Positions 42,456-56,978 are shown, counted from the stretch's first letter. The stretch: 64,000 nucleotides of DNA from Eledone cirrhosa (GCA_964016885.1 OZ024745.1:40982001-41046000), one strand, 5' to 3'. The notes: a model not told the origin generated them from the letters alone. A program made the numbers and translations.

Positions 42456-43559
42456 CTCACGCAATTCAAAAATAACAACAGAGAAGACAATTTTGGTTAA
42501 TTAAAATCTGCTTCGCGCTTTAAAGCTAATCAAACTGGAGTTTAACCTGGTGTCTGTCACAAGTTTAACTGCCAGCTGATATTTAATTTTCCAGTTGAGT
42601 AAACTGGATTAAAAGAAAGTGAAATGCTGTCTACTATAGCATTCGAACCAACCATCCTCTGACCCTACCTCAACACCTTAAATAATAATTAGCTAGTGAA
42701 ATACTAAACACTAAGAATTGTATTGTATGTTGCATTTAGTCCTTCAAAGGGATTAAACTTCAATTGGAGAGATTAAACATATTACCCCTAACCCACACAC
42801 GCCCATCAATCCCCAAACACACTTACACATACAACAAAAACAAAAAATATATAACATCGCTATGGTCTTAGTAACAGGACAATCACGTGTCTCGTTATAT
42901 GAAACGATTAGAAAATTTCTTTAAATAAATAGTTACTCATTTTCCTGACTGTTGTGTATTATCTGCATTAACATAGACGAATGTGACTACACACATGAAG
43001 TGCTAGAAATAATAGTCAATTTCCATTCATGTCCCAACATGCTTTCTTTTTTTTTTAAATGTAGTATATGTTAGATATTATATGTCTGAAAACTGTGGTA
43101 GGATAAGTATTTCGGAACTAAGACTGCTAAATTGTCTGATTATGAGGTTACAAACGTTTAGGATTAGACTATAAGTTTCTTCTGATGAGAATCTAAGAAT
43201 TACGGAAATGCCAACCATGATGTACCCCCCTACCATTTCCAGTGGATGGAAATATAATCATAGGATAAATTACATGTCATAGATTTTGCTAGGAGAATTA
43301 GGGATTAAATGTTTTTCTTAAGATTCTTCTCATTATAAATATAAATATATATTTCCACTGCTACAAAGAAACTACTGTTTATTCGACAGAAATTTCGACT
43401 TTGACGGGTTTGTGGAACATTTCTTTCTGGATTCACATTTCCATTTCTATTCAAAATTAAAATCGTCTGGAACCATTTACATTGTTCTCAACGAGATGCA
43501 GTGTACCACAGTGTATAACAAACAGGCTATTTGAACTACAATTTCAACTCAAATTTCTA

Positions 43560-43665
43560 GGTGAGTGGACTGGTGCAATGTGAATCATATTGTTTTGCTC
43601 AAAGATACAACACATTGCCAGAAATCGAACTAATGATTATATGATTGTGAAACAAACACCGTATC
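43560..43665 (-). mobile_element. Possible decayed SINE of a second family
   Basis: GTGGACTGGTGCAATGTGAA...TGTTTTGCTCAAAGATACAACACA...AATCGAAC, including a reverse B-box-like GTTCGATT. Recognised by pattern only. Confidence 0.35.
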
Positions 43666-46142
43666 GGTTAAGCTGCAATGAAAATACTTCTTAAAATAAT
43701 TAATAAAGAGAGGTACATTTTTTATACTTAAATTCCTGATTTTGTGGGTTATGGTTTAGATAAAGGGCAAAAGGGCATGGCATTCTATGACATCTGTTGG
43801 AGGGAGAAATAAGAAACCTGCCTTTTTATTTTAATTACTTTTCCTTCAGCAATGTTTTAGATCCTTTTCACATTTACGAAATAATTCTTATTTATCAAAG
43901 ACAACATTTTAATATTCGAAATAAATCAGCGTGTTTGGTACTTTAGAAAGCATTGCCATAGTTTCCTTAATTTCTGCAGCACCAATGTGTACAAAAATAT
44001 CCATGACGACCTCTTTTACTTTGAAATATTAAACTTAAAATTCGTTCCTAATGTATACGTAGTAAAAGATCAAACTTTTTATGTTTTGCTCTGAAATTTT
44101 CTACATGAAAGAATACTCAAAGAAATCTGGGTACGATTATTAAAAATGAATAAATATATAAATAAAAAGAATGTTTTCTGGAACAAATTGGAGGAATTTT
44201 TTATGCCTATATATAGAAAAAAACTTATCTCATATCTTAGTTCTTATATGTGTGAAGATAACTGACATATGCACTTTCTATGAGTCGCCCACGTTTAAGT
44301 GCCGCATGCTTTCTATGATAGCTTGACTATTTGGATAGCAACAACGAAATTGGCTGTGTCATCATTTCAGTCTTCCAGTATTGCAATCTGAATGCTAATA
44401 TGAGTTGGCTATGTATTATATTTTAAAAATAATATGAAGTAAAAATATTAGTTAATTAATAAATTAGATATGCTAGCAGAAATTGTAAAATATCTTAATG
44501 CACTTGATTACGAGGGAATGCTGAAAATTGTAAACTGTCAGATAGAAAATACTTTGCATTCTGATTCACTACAGGAATTATATAGCATTTCACTTTTGTG
44601 TAGTTTTTTCTTTTCTAAAGTGCAGCTTTGGTTCAGGCGATCTATGCTCAAACTAGTCACAATCTTTAAAATCTCGTCTAACTAATATACTGCCTCTCTT
44701 TTCAAGACAGTAGAATACGATTTTGAAGAAATGTGATTTTAATCTCGAGCAGATTGAGGTGCTAAGTAGAGGTTTTCCCGTCGAAACGATTTCTTAGTAG
44801 CCTGTACTAAATATACTAAACAAATAGGTGTTAGTGTGCAAATATTTAGAATAGTTCCTCTTGCGTTAGGCTTGCAAATTCAAAAAGCATAATTTTAAAA
44901 GAGTAAACCTCTCAATGCAAGTGATGCTCCAAATATAGTTTCCTATTTGAATCTTGTATCCTGAAACACTGTATCATAACTAGACAGAAAATTACGTCGT
45001 GCTACAACCACACATAATTATTTTCTCACGGGAAAATTACTTCCTTCGGTATGCGGCTACCCCCAATAATTCATGTAGAAATGTGCAACGTAAACAATCA
45101 TCAATGGTACAGTGGTATTACGTGTTGAAATGAAATAGAATGAACCTTCGTCAGTTTCAACGAAGGATGTTACGATGTTTTAATAAACGGCTCAGCCTGC
45201 TCGTGAAATTACGTGCAAGTGTTTGAGTATTACACATACAGATGTAAGCGTAACCCTATTCCTCGTGGGATTTTTACATAACCATTGAAAAGGTGCAGAT
45301 TTATCTCTGGAATTTTCTAAATTTTATGTTGTTAAATTCTCACAAAACTAGTTTTGAAAACAATTTTCCCGCTGCTGTGGAAAGAGAAGGATTTGAACAG
45401 GTGGTAAATAATGATTATAGTACTTTGGTTTTTCCGGTTATCAGACAAATGCTAACGTCAGGAACATTTTGGTGAAGCAGAAATGTTTGCCTATCTATGG
45501 TCCAGAAGTTTCATTGTCATAATTTTAGAGGTACAGAAAGAAATCATCGGATTATGAAACATCTAAAACCTCCAGCTTTTATAGGGTTAACTTGAAGCCG
45601 TATGGCACAGTGTGCAACACTTTGGCCCTATGTATTGCACATGCCGTCCATACAACTGGCTTCAAAAAGAGTTTTCGTGTAACCAATTTCACTACAAGGC
45701 TTGGATCAAAACCAGGCTAGAGCATTGCGAGGAGTACACTAATTTATATTTATCTACCGTCAACGGATTTAATACAATGTGGATAACACAATATTATCTA
45801 TATAAAGATATTGCAGTTAAGTGGACTATGATAACGTGTTAGACACGTCGCTTCTGTAACCGTAACAGAGATTGAACAGTCAAGATTTCGATAATTAATC
45901 TTATTCCATCTTGAAAATGACCGACACCCAGTGAAAATAATATTAATCATCAGACACTAATATTAATAAACTGTCAGCATATCTTGCAGCTTTATATTAG
46001 ATGTAACGTCAATCTCCGTTTCATTAATCATAAAAGCCTATTATGGGATACTATTATATATATAAGTAACATAATGTTATTACACCTACTCATCCTCACA
46101 TCTCTGTCACTATTGCTGTGCTCCGCACAGACACACAGTCAC

Positions 46143-46196
<54 letters not shown>

Positions 46197-46225
46197 ATGT
46201 GTGTGCACACGCAGATATATATACA

Positions 46226-46277
<52 letters not shown>

Positions 46278-46612
46278 TATATAGGTATATTAACCATATA
46301 TTAATCTTTAATGGGGGTCAAAGATCAGACTGGTTTGATTTATTTGTGATGTTTCGTTATGGGAAAGAAGACCTGAGAACAAGAAACATTTCCTAAATGA
46401 TTAAGTCTAATAAAATACCATATAGTCACACCCAATCCCATACACTCATAGACACTCAGAATCAGGCATACACATGTCAGAGCTGCTAACCTATAAAAAC
46501 CATGAAAAAAAGTTGCCCCAAAATGGAGAGATATTAGACAAAGTGGGTAGATTTTACATAATAAAAGCTTTACCCAGGTCTGATATGGACGCACCCACCG
46601 ATTTATGTATAC

Positions 46613-46656
<44 letters not shown>

Positions 46657-46914
46657 TGCTGTGTATGTGTGTTTTTTTAATTTTATATACCTTATATTAC
46701 TTTGTTCACATTGGATTACGAGTGTTCCAAATGATGTGATGAACGGAACATGATCTAGAAATTAACGTTATGTTACAGACTATTCCCCAAACACGTACAA
46801 TATGTATACAGTTCTGAAGACGAAACACTGAGATGCTAGTGACGTATACATACATATATATAGCCACTCTTCTTCTTTACAAACATCGTGTCCTACACTG
46901 ACTTGTGGTCATCC

Positions 46915-47000
46915 CAGTCTCGGCATCACAGCCGTATAATATATGTTCACAGATTAGCAGATCGCCTCCGCGATGCATGCATAAATGCACACACACGCAA

Positions 47001-47068
<68 letters not shown>

Positions 47069-47140
47069 ATGTGTTCATGCATCGGTGAAGCGATCTGCTA
47101 ATCTCTGAACGTATATTATACGGCCGTGATGCCGAGACTG
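46915..47140. repeat. Long hairpin (inverted repeat) centred on (CA)n-(TA)n-(TG)n, MITE-like
   Basis: CAGTCTCGGCATCACAGCCGTATAAT...CGATGCATG is the reverse complement of CATGCATCG...ATTATACGGCCGTGATGCCGAGACTG (~65-bp arms, ~6 mismatches). Confidence 0.9.
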
Positions 47141-47361
47141 TGATGCCGAGACACAAATCAGACAACGATGTATATATATGTACATATATATGTATATATA
47201 CATATACATATGTATATAGTAATAATAATACATTTGAAGACTAAATTCGAAATATTAACTTCTGCATTCACAGATTGATTTTTTTAGTTTCAGAAAATCC
47301 TGTTATTGGTAAAAGCAGCGATTCGTTGCTTAAACTTTAATCTGTTATTTTAATAAATACA

Positions 47362-47458
<97 letters not shown>

Positions 47459-47501
47459 TTGTGTGTGTGTGTGTGTTTGTATGTGTGAGTGTGTGTGCGT
47501 A

Positions 47502-47574
<73 letters not shown>

Positions 47575-47891
47575 ATGTGTGTGTGTATGTGTGCGTGTGT
47601 GTGGCGCGTGTGTGTGTGTATGTGTCTTTGTGTGCGTGAGTGTGTATGGACATATACGTGAAAATGTAAAAGAACAGCACGAGTGATCCCGTTGCAATAC
47701 CGGTCTATTGTTTGACGCTTAACAGTAGTAGTAAAAGAGACATATTCTTTTAGACGATAGTATTTAATCGAAAAAGAAAATGACCGAAGAGCAGATTGTT
47801 TTGAGGAAAATACATATAGGAAGACGAAAAAGTTTGAGATGTGAAGTATACGTGCAGCCAAGGAGCAAACACACACACACACACACACATG

Positions 47892-48032
<141 letters not shown>

Positions 48033-48318
48033 AATATATATATATATAAATGGAAAAAATGAAACGAAATTTCATTTCTCACTCTTAGTAAGGCTGTTAC
48101 TTAAATATAAGTATGTATGCGTACATACATATATGTATACAGACGTACAGTAGTATGTATATATATATACATACATGCACACATATATATATGTACGTAT
48201 CGTTTTTCCAAACATTTATTATAATGCTCGGTTTGTTTGTAAACAAACAAATAGCCCGAATTAAGCCGTACATTCTTTAGCAAACATCGTTGCTCTTTTG
48301 TTCAACACTGACAAAGGA

Positions 48319-48361
48319 ACGATGTACTAGTTTCAAGCTTATTAGCTATCGTCAGCATCGT
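48319..48361 (-). ncRNA. Type I minimal hammerhead ribozyme
   Basis: ACGAUG-CUGACGA-U-AGCU-AAUA-AGCU-U-GAAA-CUAGUA^-CAUCGU, with a perfect 6-bp stem I and palindromic stem III ACUAGU. Confidence 0.85.
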
Positions 48362-48638
48362 ATACCTGCCTGCCAGATGATATACGTATATATGTATGTA
48401 TATATATACATACTACTGTACGTCTGTATACATATATGTATGTAGGTATACAGACTTATATTTAAGTAACAGCCGTACTAAGAGTGAGAAATGAAATTTC
48501 GTTCCATTATTTCCATTTGTCGTTTTTGGTGCGCCCAGCCGACTAACTCACTCGATATGCAAATTAGGCTGCTCAGCCGTTAATATGCATAGGGAAAGTA
48601 TATACTTTCAGACCTTCAATCATCTGGCAGGAAGGTAT

Positions 48639-48681
48639 ACGATGCTGACGATAGCTAATAAGCTTGAAACTAGTACATCGC
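48639..48681 (+). ncRNA. Type I minimal hammerhead ribozyme
   Basis: ACGATG CTGACGA TAGCTAATAAGCTT GAAA CTAGTA CATCGC. Confidence 0.83.
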
Positions 48682-48887
48682 TCATTTGTCATTGTTGAAC
48701 AAAAGGGCAACGATGGTTGCTAAACAATGTACGGCTTAATTCGGGCTATTTGTTTGTTTACAAACAATCCGAGCATTATAATAAATGTTCGGTAAAAACG
48801 TTACGTACAAATATATATGTGTGCATGTATGTATATATATACATACTACTGTACATCTGTATACATATATGTATGTAGGTATACATA

Positions 48888-49041
<154 letters not shown>

Positions 49042-49342
49042 AATTGAAACAAAATGAAAACGAAATTTCATTTCTCACTCTTAGTATGGCACTTACTTAA
49101 ATGTAAGTATGCATGTATACGTACATACATATATGTATACAGACGTACAGTAGCATGCACATATATATATATATATACATATATACATACATATGCATAC
49201 AGGTACACATACATATATGCACGTATCAGTTTAGCGGCGCTAACGTCGCTTTGTTCGTTTGTAAACAAACTGAACAGCCTGAATTTATGCCATACGGTGT
49301 TAAGGCAACCACGTCACCTTTTTGTTCAACACTGACACAGGA

Positions 49343-49385
49343 ACGATGTACTAGTTTCAAGCTTGTTAGCTATCATCAGCACCGT
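49343..49385 (-). ncRNA. Type I minimal hammerhead ribozyme
   Basis: Reverse complement reads ACGGTG CTGATGA TAGCTAACAAGCTT GAAA CTAGTA CATCGT. Confidence 0.85.
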
Positions 49386-49808
49386 TTACCCATCTGCCAG
49401 ATAGTTGAACGTTCGAAAGTATATACTTTCCTTATGAAAATTAACGGCTGAGCAGCCTAATTTGCATATTGAGTGAGTTAAATCGGTCAGGCATACCGAA
49501 AACGATAAATTGAAACAAAATGAAAACGAAATTTCATTTCTCACTCTTAGTATGGCACTTACTTAAATGTAAGTATGCATGTATACGTACATACATATAT
49601 GTATACAGACGTACAGTAGCATGCACATATATATATATATATACATATATACATACATATGCATACAGGTACACATACATATATGCACGTATCAGTTTAG
49701 CGGCGCTAACGTCGCTTTGTTCGTTTGTAAACAAACTGAACAGCCTGAATTTATGCCATACGGTGTTAAGGCAACCACGTCACCTTTTTGTTCAACACTG
49801 ACACAGGA

Positions 49809-49851
49809 ACGATGTACTAGTTTCAAGCTTGTTAGCTATCATCAGCACCGT
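49809..49851 (-). ncRNA. Type I minimal hammerhead ribozyme
   Basis: Same sequence as 49343-49385, 466 bp downstream. Confidence 0.85.
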
Positions 49852-50127
49852 TTACCCATCTGCCAGATAGTTGAACGTTCGAAAGTATATACTTTCCTTA
49901 TGAAAATTAACGGCTGAGCAGCCTAATTTGCATATTGAGTGAGTTAAATCGGTCAGGCATACCGAAAACGATAAATTGAAACAAAATGAAAACGAAATTT
50001 CATTTCTCACTCTTAGTATGGCACTTACTTAAATGTAAGTATGCATGTATACGTACATACATATATGTATACAGACGTACAGTAGCATACCGTTTTCGGT
50101 ATGCCTGACCGATTTAACTCACTCAAT

Positions 50128-50180
50128 ATGCAAATTAGGCTGCTCAGCCGTTAATTTTCATAAGGAAAGTATATACTTTC
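50128..50180 (+). promoter_or_regulatory. Octamer ATGCAAAT (50128-50135) and palindrome GAAAGTATATACTTTC (50165-50180) upstream of the hammerhead
   Basis: Both motifs are retained in all three subfamilies while neighbouring bases vary. Promoter function is inferred. Confidence 0.45.
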
Positions 50181-50209
50181 GAACGTTCAACTATCTGGCA
50201 GATGGGTAA

Positions 50210-50252
50210 ACGGTGCTGATGATAGCTAACAAGCTTGAAACTAGTACATCGT
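50210..50252 (+). ncRNA. Type I minimal hammerhead ribozyme (predicted cleavage after GUA at 50246)
   Basis: ACGGTG CTGATGA T AGCT AACA AGCT T GAAA CTAGTA CATCGT. Stem I extends past a bulge (AUGGG/CCUGU). Confidence 0.85.
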
Positions 50253-50675
50253 TCCTGTGTCAGTGTTGAACAAAAAGGTGACGTGGTTGCCTTAACACCG
50301 TATGGCATAAATTCAGGCTGTTCAGTTTGTTTACAAACGAACAAAGCGACGTTAGCGCCGCTAAACTGATACGTGCATATATGTATGTGTACCTGTATGC
50401 ATATGTATGTATATATGTATATATATATATATATGTGCATGCTACTGTACGTCTGTATACATATATGTATGTACGTATACATGCATACTTACATTTAAGT
50501 AAGTGCCATACTAAGAGTGAGAAATGAAATTTCGTTTTCATTTTGTTTCAATTTATCGTTTTCGGTATGCCTGACCGATTTAACTCACTCAATATGCAAA
50601 TTAGGCTGCTCAGCCGTTAATTTTCATAAGGAAAGTATATACTTTCGAACGTTCAACTATCTGGCAGATGGGTAA

Positions 50676-50718
50676 ACGGTGCTGATGATAGCTAACAAGC
50701 TTGAAACTAGTACATCGT
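50676..50718 (+). ncRNA. Type I minimal hammerhead ribozyme
   Basis: Identical to 50210-50252, 466 bp downstream. Confidence 0.85.
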
Positions 50719-50958
50719 TCCTGTGTCAGTGTTGAACAAAAAGGTGACGTGGTTGCCTTAACACCGTATGGCATAAATTCAGGCTGTTCAGTTTGTTTAC
50801 AAACGAACAAAGCGACGTTAGCGCCGCTAAACTGATACGTGCATATATGTATGTGTACCTGTATGCATATGTATGTATATATGTATATATATATATATAT
50901 GTGCATGCTACTGTACGTCTGTATACATATATGTATGTACGTATACATGCATACTTAC

Positions 50959-51145
<187 letters not shown>

Positions 51146-51821
51146 TACATACATACATATGTGTATGTGTGTGTGTTTATATGTGTGCGTCTAGCATGCA
51201 TATAATCTATATACCTACGTACGTACATAGAAATGTCTATATGTGGACGTATAGATGCAAACTTAAAAAGATGGATGTTACAAGGAAATTTGATCCGCCA
51301 TTATAATACTGTAATAAATAATCCCCGATGTATAACTACGAATAAACAACATACAATCTTCAATTTCACCATCTAAAAATAACAACACTACACATCATTG
51401 TAAGCTAGACGTAATAAACAAGATGATATCAAGAATAAAGATATTAGAATGGTTACAAAGTAAAACATGAGTAAAAAGCTTCATTGAACTGTCAATCTCT
51501 GGAGTGGGTGTTTTAAAATTTCCAGGCTATACAGCTAAATTGTTCGGCTCTTAATCGTTGATTTGGTAATTGGATAAAATTAAACGTGATCGGGTAACAT
51601 CCTTTCACCTTTGGAGGTCACTGGTCGTCAGTGACAAGAGACAGCAAAATTGATATTCTTTGTAAAACAGAAGACAAACATCAAAACAATGTCGGAGGGC
51701 TAATACAATGGCACCTCTATTCTCAACATGAATATATAAACACACGCAAACAATTTACATATGGACATATATATATATGTACACACACAAACACATATGT
51801 ATCCCCCTCTCTATCTCTCTC

Positions 51822-51882
<61 letters not shown>

Positions 51883-51894
51883 ATATATATATAT

Positions 51895-52429
51895 AAATGG
51901 AAAAAATGAAACGAAATTTCATTTCTCACTCTTAGTACGGCTGTTACTTAAATATAAGTATGTATGCGTACATACATATATGTATACAGACGTACAGTAG
52001 TATGTATATATATACATACATGCACACATATTATATGTACGTATGGATTTACGGAACATTTATTATAATGCTCGGTTTGTTTGTAAACAAACATCCCGAA
52101 TTAAGCCGTACAGTATTTAGCAACCATCGTTGCCCTTTTGTTCAACACTGACAAAGGAACGATGTACTAGTTTCAAGCTTATTAGCTATCGTCAGCACCG
52201 TATACTTTTCTGCCAGATCATTGAACGTCTGAAAGTATATACTTTCCTTATGCATATTAACGGCTGAGTAGCCTAATTTGCATATCGAGTGAGTTAATCG
52301 GCCGGGCGCACCGAAAACGATAAATGGAGAAATGAAACGAAATTTCATTTCTCACTCTTAGTATGGCTGTTACATAAATATAAGTATGTATACGTACATA
52401 CATATATGTATACAGACGTATGTATACAT

Positions 52430-52433
<4 letters not shown>
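51895..52433 (-). mobile_element. Retrozyme-like block 3 (subfamily A, ~1.2 units of ~427 bp) in (TA)n
   Basis: AAATGGAAAAAATGAAACG at 51895 recurs at ~52322. The block ends with a short inverted GTATACATACTT before (TA)n. Confidence 0.8.
52159..52201 (-). ncRNA. Type I minimal hammerhead ribozyme
   Basis: Reverse complement reads ACGGTG CTGACGA TAGCTAATAAGCTT GAAA CTAGTA CATCGT. Confidence 0.85.
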
Positions 52434-53703
<1,270 letters not shown>

Positions 53704-53779
53704 ACACTCTACTCTGCTGAAAATCGAGTGCCAATTTTGGCATACCGCCTATAGAAGCACCATAGGTACCATTATACAC

Positions 53780-53854
<75 letters not shown>

Positions 53855-53938
53855 TGTATTTGTGTGTGTATATATGTCCATATATAAATTGTTTGCGTGT
53901 GTTTATATATTCATGTTGAGAACAGAGGTGCCATTGTA
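53855..53938 (-). repeat. Inverted copy of 51704-51795
   Basis: Reverse complement TACAATGGCACCTCTGTTCTCAACATGAATATATAAACACACGCAAACAATTTA matches the sequence starting at 51704 and at 63852. Confidence 0.85.
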
Positions 53939-53946
53939 TATATAAG

Positions 53947-53987
<41 letters not shown>

Positions 53988-54074
53988 GTGTGTGTATATA
54001 TATGTATATATATATATATAAGTGTGTGTGTGTGCGTGTGTGTGTATGTGTGTGCACACACAGATATATATACA

Positions 54075-54167
<93 letters not shown>

Positions 54168-54221
54168 CGTTTCTGAATTTGTTTAGCAAGATTCTTTATC
54201 TGAAATCGTGTGTTGAAACCG

Positions 54222-54315
54222 ATATTGTTGTACTTTGGGAGGGTCATGTTGCCAATAAGAAACACACGCACACACATGCGTGTGTTTCTTATTGGCAACA
54301 TGACCCTCCCAAAGT

Positions 54316-54325
<10 letters not shown>
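54222..54325. repeat. Perfect 49-bp inverted repeat with a 6-nt loop (CACACA)
   Basis: ATATTGTTGTACTTTGGGAGGGTCATGTTGCCAATAAGAAACACACGCA followed by its exact reverse complement at 54277-54325. Confidence 0.97.
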
Positions 54326-54365
<40 letters not shown>

Positions 54366-54374
54366 CCAATTTTG

Positions 54375-54535
54375 CTCCTACATGGACACACTGGAAGAGG
54401 AAGACCAGGGTTATCGTATGTTTATGCCCTAAGGACAGACACTGGTGTGTTGGAGACGCAGGACATGGCAGCGATTATGAGAGACAGAGATCGCTGGAGG
54501 GAACTCGTCTATGGATCTCGGGAATTTTACCCGCC
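54375..54535 (+). mobile_element. 3'-terminal fragment of an RTE-clade LINE
   Basis: Translates [22 protein letters not shown]...[16 protein letters not shown], the RGRP...DR..WR pattern typical of RTE ORF C-termini. Flanked by (TA)n. Confidence 0.7.
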
Positions 54536-55499
54536 CTATATATATATATATATATATATATACAAATATAAATTAGCGAGAATCGTATTTCAGCTCAGGA
54601 ATTAACGAAAATCAATGTCCGATATGTGTGGCAAGTGCTCGATGATTCATGTGAATCAGAGCTACAACATACGTTAAGGGCCAAACACACTGAGATGATG
54701 GTTAAACAGATCATCGGCACAGCCAAAACAAACGACCAAGTAATTCGGGTCAAACAATAAAAATATGTGTTGATAATTTACCCGGACCCTGGACTGATGG
54801 TAAAATCCAGTATTTGGTTTCTGCGACTCCAAAATCAGGTACTGTCCGCCTACATAAAGAATGTTGGGCTTCTGGTAAGAATTATTAATCTGTAATGGGG
54901 GTCAAATATCAGACTGGTTTAATTTATTTGTGATATTTCGTTACGGGAAAGAAGACCTGAGAACAAGAAACATTTCCTAAATGATTAAGTCTAATAAAAT
55001 ACAATATAGTCACACCCAATCCCATACACTCATAGACACTCAGAATCAGGCATACATATGTCAGAGCTGCTAACCTATAAAAACCAAACGGGGCGTACCA
55101 TGAAAAAAAGTTGCCCCAAAATGGAGAGATATTAGGCAAACTGGGCAGATTTTACATAATAAAAGCTTTACCCAGGTCTGATATGTACGCACCCACCGAT
55201 TTATGTATACACATATATATATATGTGTGTGTGTATGCGTTTCTATGTATTTGTGTTTTTTTATTTTATATACCTTATATTACTTTGTTCACATTTGATA
55301 ACGAGTGTTCCAAATGATTTGATGAACGGAACATGATCTAGAAATTAACGTTATGTTACAGACTATTCCCCAAACACGTACAATATGGATACAGTTCTGC
55401 AGACGAAACACTGAGATGCTAGTGACGTATACATACATATATATAGCCACTCTTCACCTTTACAAACATCGTGTCCTACACTGACTTGTGGTCATCCCA

Positions 55500-55583
55500 G
55501 TCTCGGCATCACAGCCGTATAACATATGTTCACAGATTAGCAGATCGCCTCCCCGATGCATGCATACATGCACACACACACAC

Positions 55584-55659
<76 letters not shown>

Positions 55660-55741
55660 GTGTGTGTGTGCATGTATGCATGCATCGGTGAAGCGATCTG
55701 CTAATCTCTGAGCGTATATTATACGGCTGTGATGCCGAGAC
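55500..55741. repeat. Paralogous long hairpin (copy of 46915-47140)
   Basis: GTCTCGGCATCACAGCCGTATAA...(TA)n...TTATACGGCTGTGATGCCGAGAC. Confidence 0.9.
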
Positions 55742-55828
55742 ACAAATCAGACAACGATGTATATATATATATATATATGTACATATATATATATGTATAT
55801 TACATATATATATGTATATAGTAATAAT

Positions 55829-56006
55829 TGTTTCTACTTTAGGCACAAGGCTAGCAATTATCCCAGTGTATTACTGGTACTGTATTTTATCGACCCCGTA
55901 AGGATGAAAGGCAAAGTTAACCTCCGCAGGATTTGAACTCAGAATGGCAAGGGCCGTAACTCTATGCATCAAAGCATGGCGTCCGACCCTCTACCGATAC
56001 TGCCAA
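55829..56006 (-). mobile_element. tRNA-derived SINE
   Basis: Same family as 62543-62726, with A-box TGGCAGTATCGG and B-box GAGTTCAAATCC. Absent from duplication copy 1. Confidence 0.88.
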
Positions 56007-56395
56007 AACATTTTTCAGTCATATTGAAAATAATTAGATGAAGGGTTTAAAAGAAATTTCTTATTAAGCTGGCACTTGGAATATAAAGTTGTCTTTTAGA
56101 TATTAGATATACAAACTTCTTGCAAAGGTTTTTTCTATTTTTAGCTTCAAAGGGATTAAAATGAAAATTTCCTTCTCTACCAATATATCGAACAATAGAT
56201 TTTACTTCACTATGGGAGTTGAAAGGCAATCACGTTTCAAATACAGAAGCCCCCAATCTAGTAATAATATTAAATTTGAAGACTAAATTCGAAATATTAA
56301 CTTCTGCGTTCACAGATTGATTTTTTTAGTTTCAAGAAGATCCTGTTATGGCTGAAAGCAGCGATTCGTTGCTTAAACATTAATCTGTTATTTTA

Positions 56396-56477
<82 letters not shown>

Positions 56478-56525
56478 GTGTGTGTGTGTTTGTATGTGTG
56501 AGTGTGTGTGTTCATATATATATAT

Positions 56526-56557
<32 letters not shown>

Positions 56558-56860
56558 GTATATATGTGTGTGCGTGTAAGTGAGCGTGTGTGTGTGTGTG
56601 TGTCTTTGTAGCGTGAGTGCGTATGGACATATACGTGAAAATATAAAAGAACAGCACGAGTGATCACGTTCCAATACCGGTCTATTGTTTGACGCTTAAC
56701 AGTAGTAGTAAAAGAGACATATTCTTTTAGACGATAGTATTTAATCGAAAAAGAAAATGACCGAAGAGGAGATTGTTTTGAAGAGAATACATATAGGAAG
56801 ACGAAAAAGTTTGAGATGTGAAGTATACGTGCAGCCTTGGAGCAAACACACACACACACG

Positions 56861-56978
<118 letters not shown>

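Noticed and set aside
43183-43220. CTGATGA...GAAA hammerhead-like words
   Set aside because: No convincing stem I, II or III and no NUH site.
51595-51636. Minus-strand CTGACGA...ACCT-CCAA-AGGT-GAAA (also at ~63745-63785)
   Set aside because: The core is sequestered in a competing GTCACTG/CAGTGAC hairpin and there is no stem III or stem I. As an exon candidate it is short and uninformative.
54788-54848. CTGATGG...CAAAATCAGGTACTGTCC, a possible third decayed hammerhead
   Set aside because: Both core boxes are mutated and the stems cannot be reconstructed from one copy.
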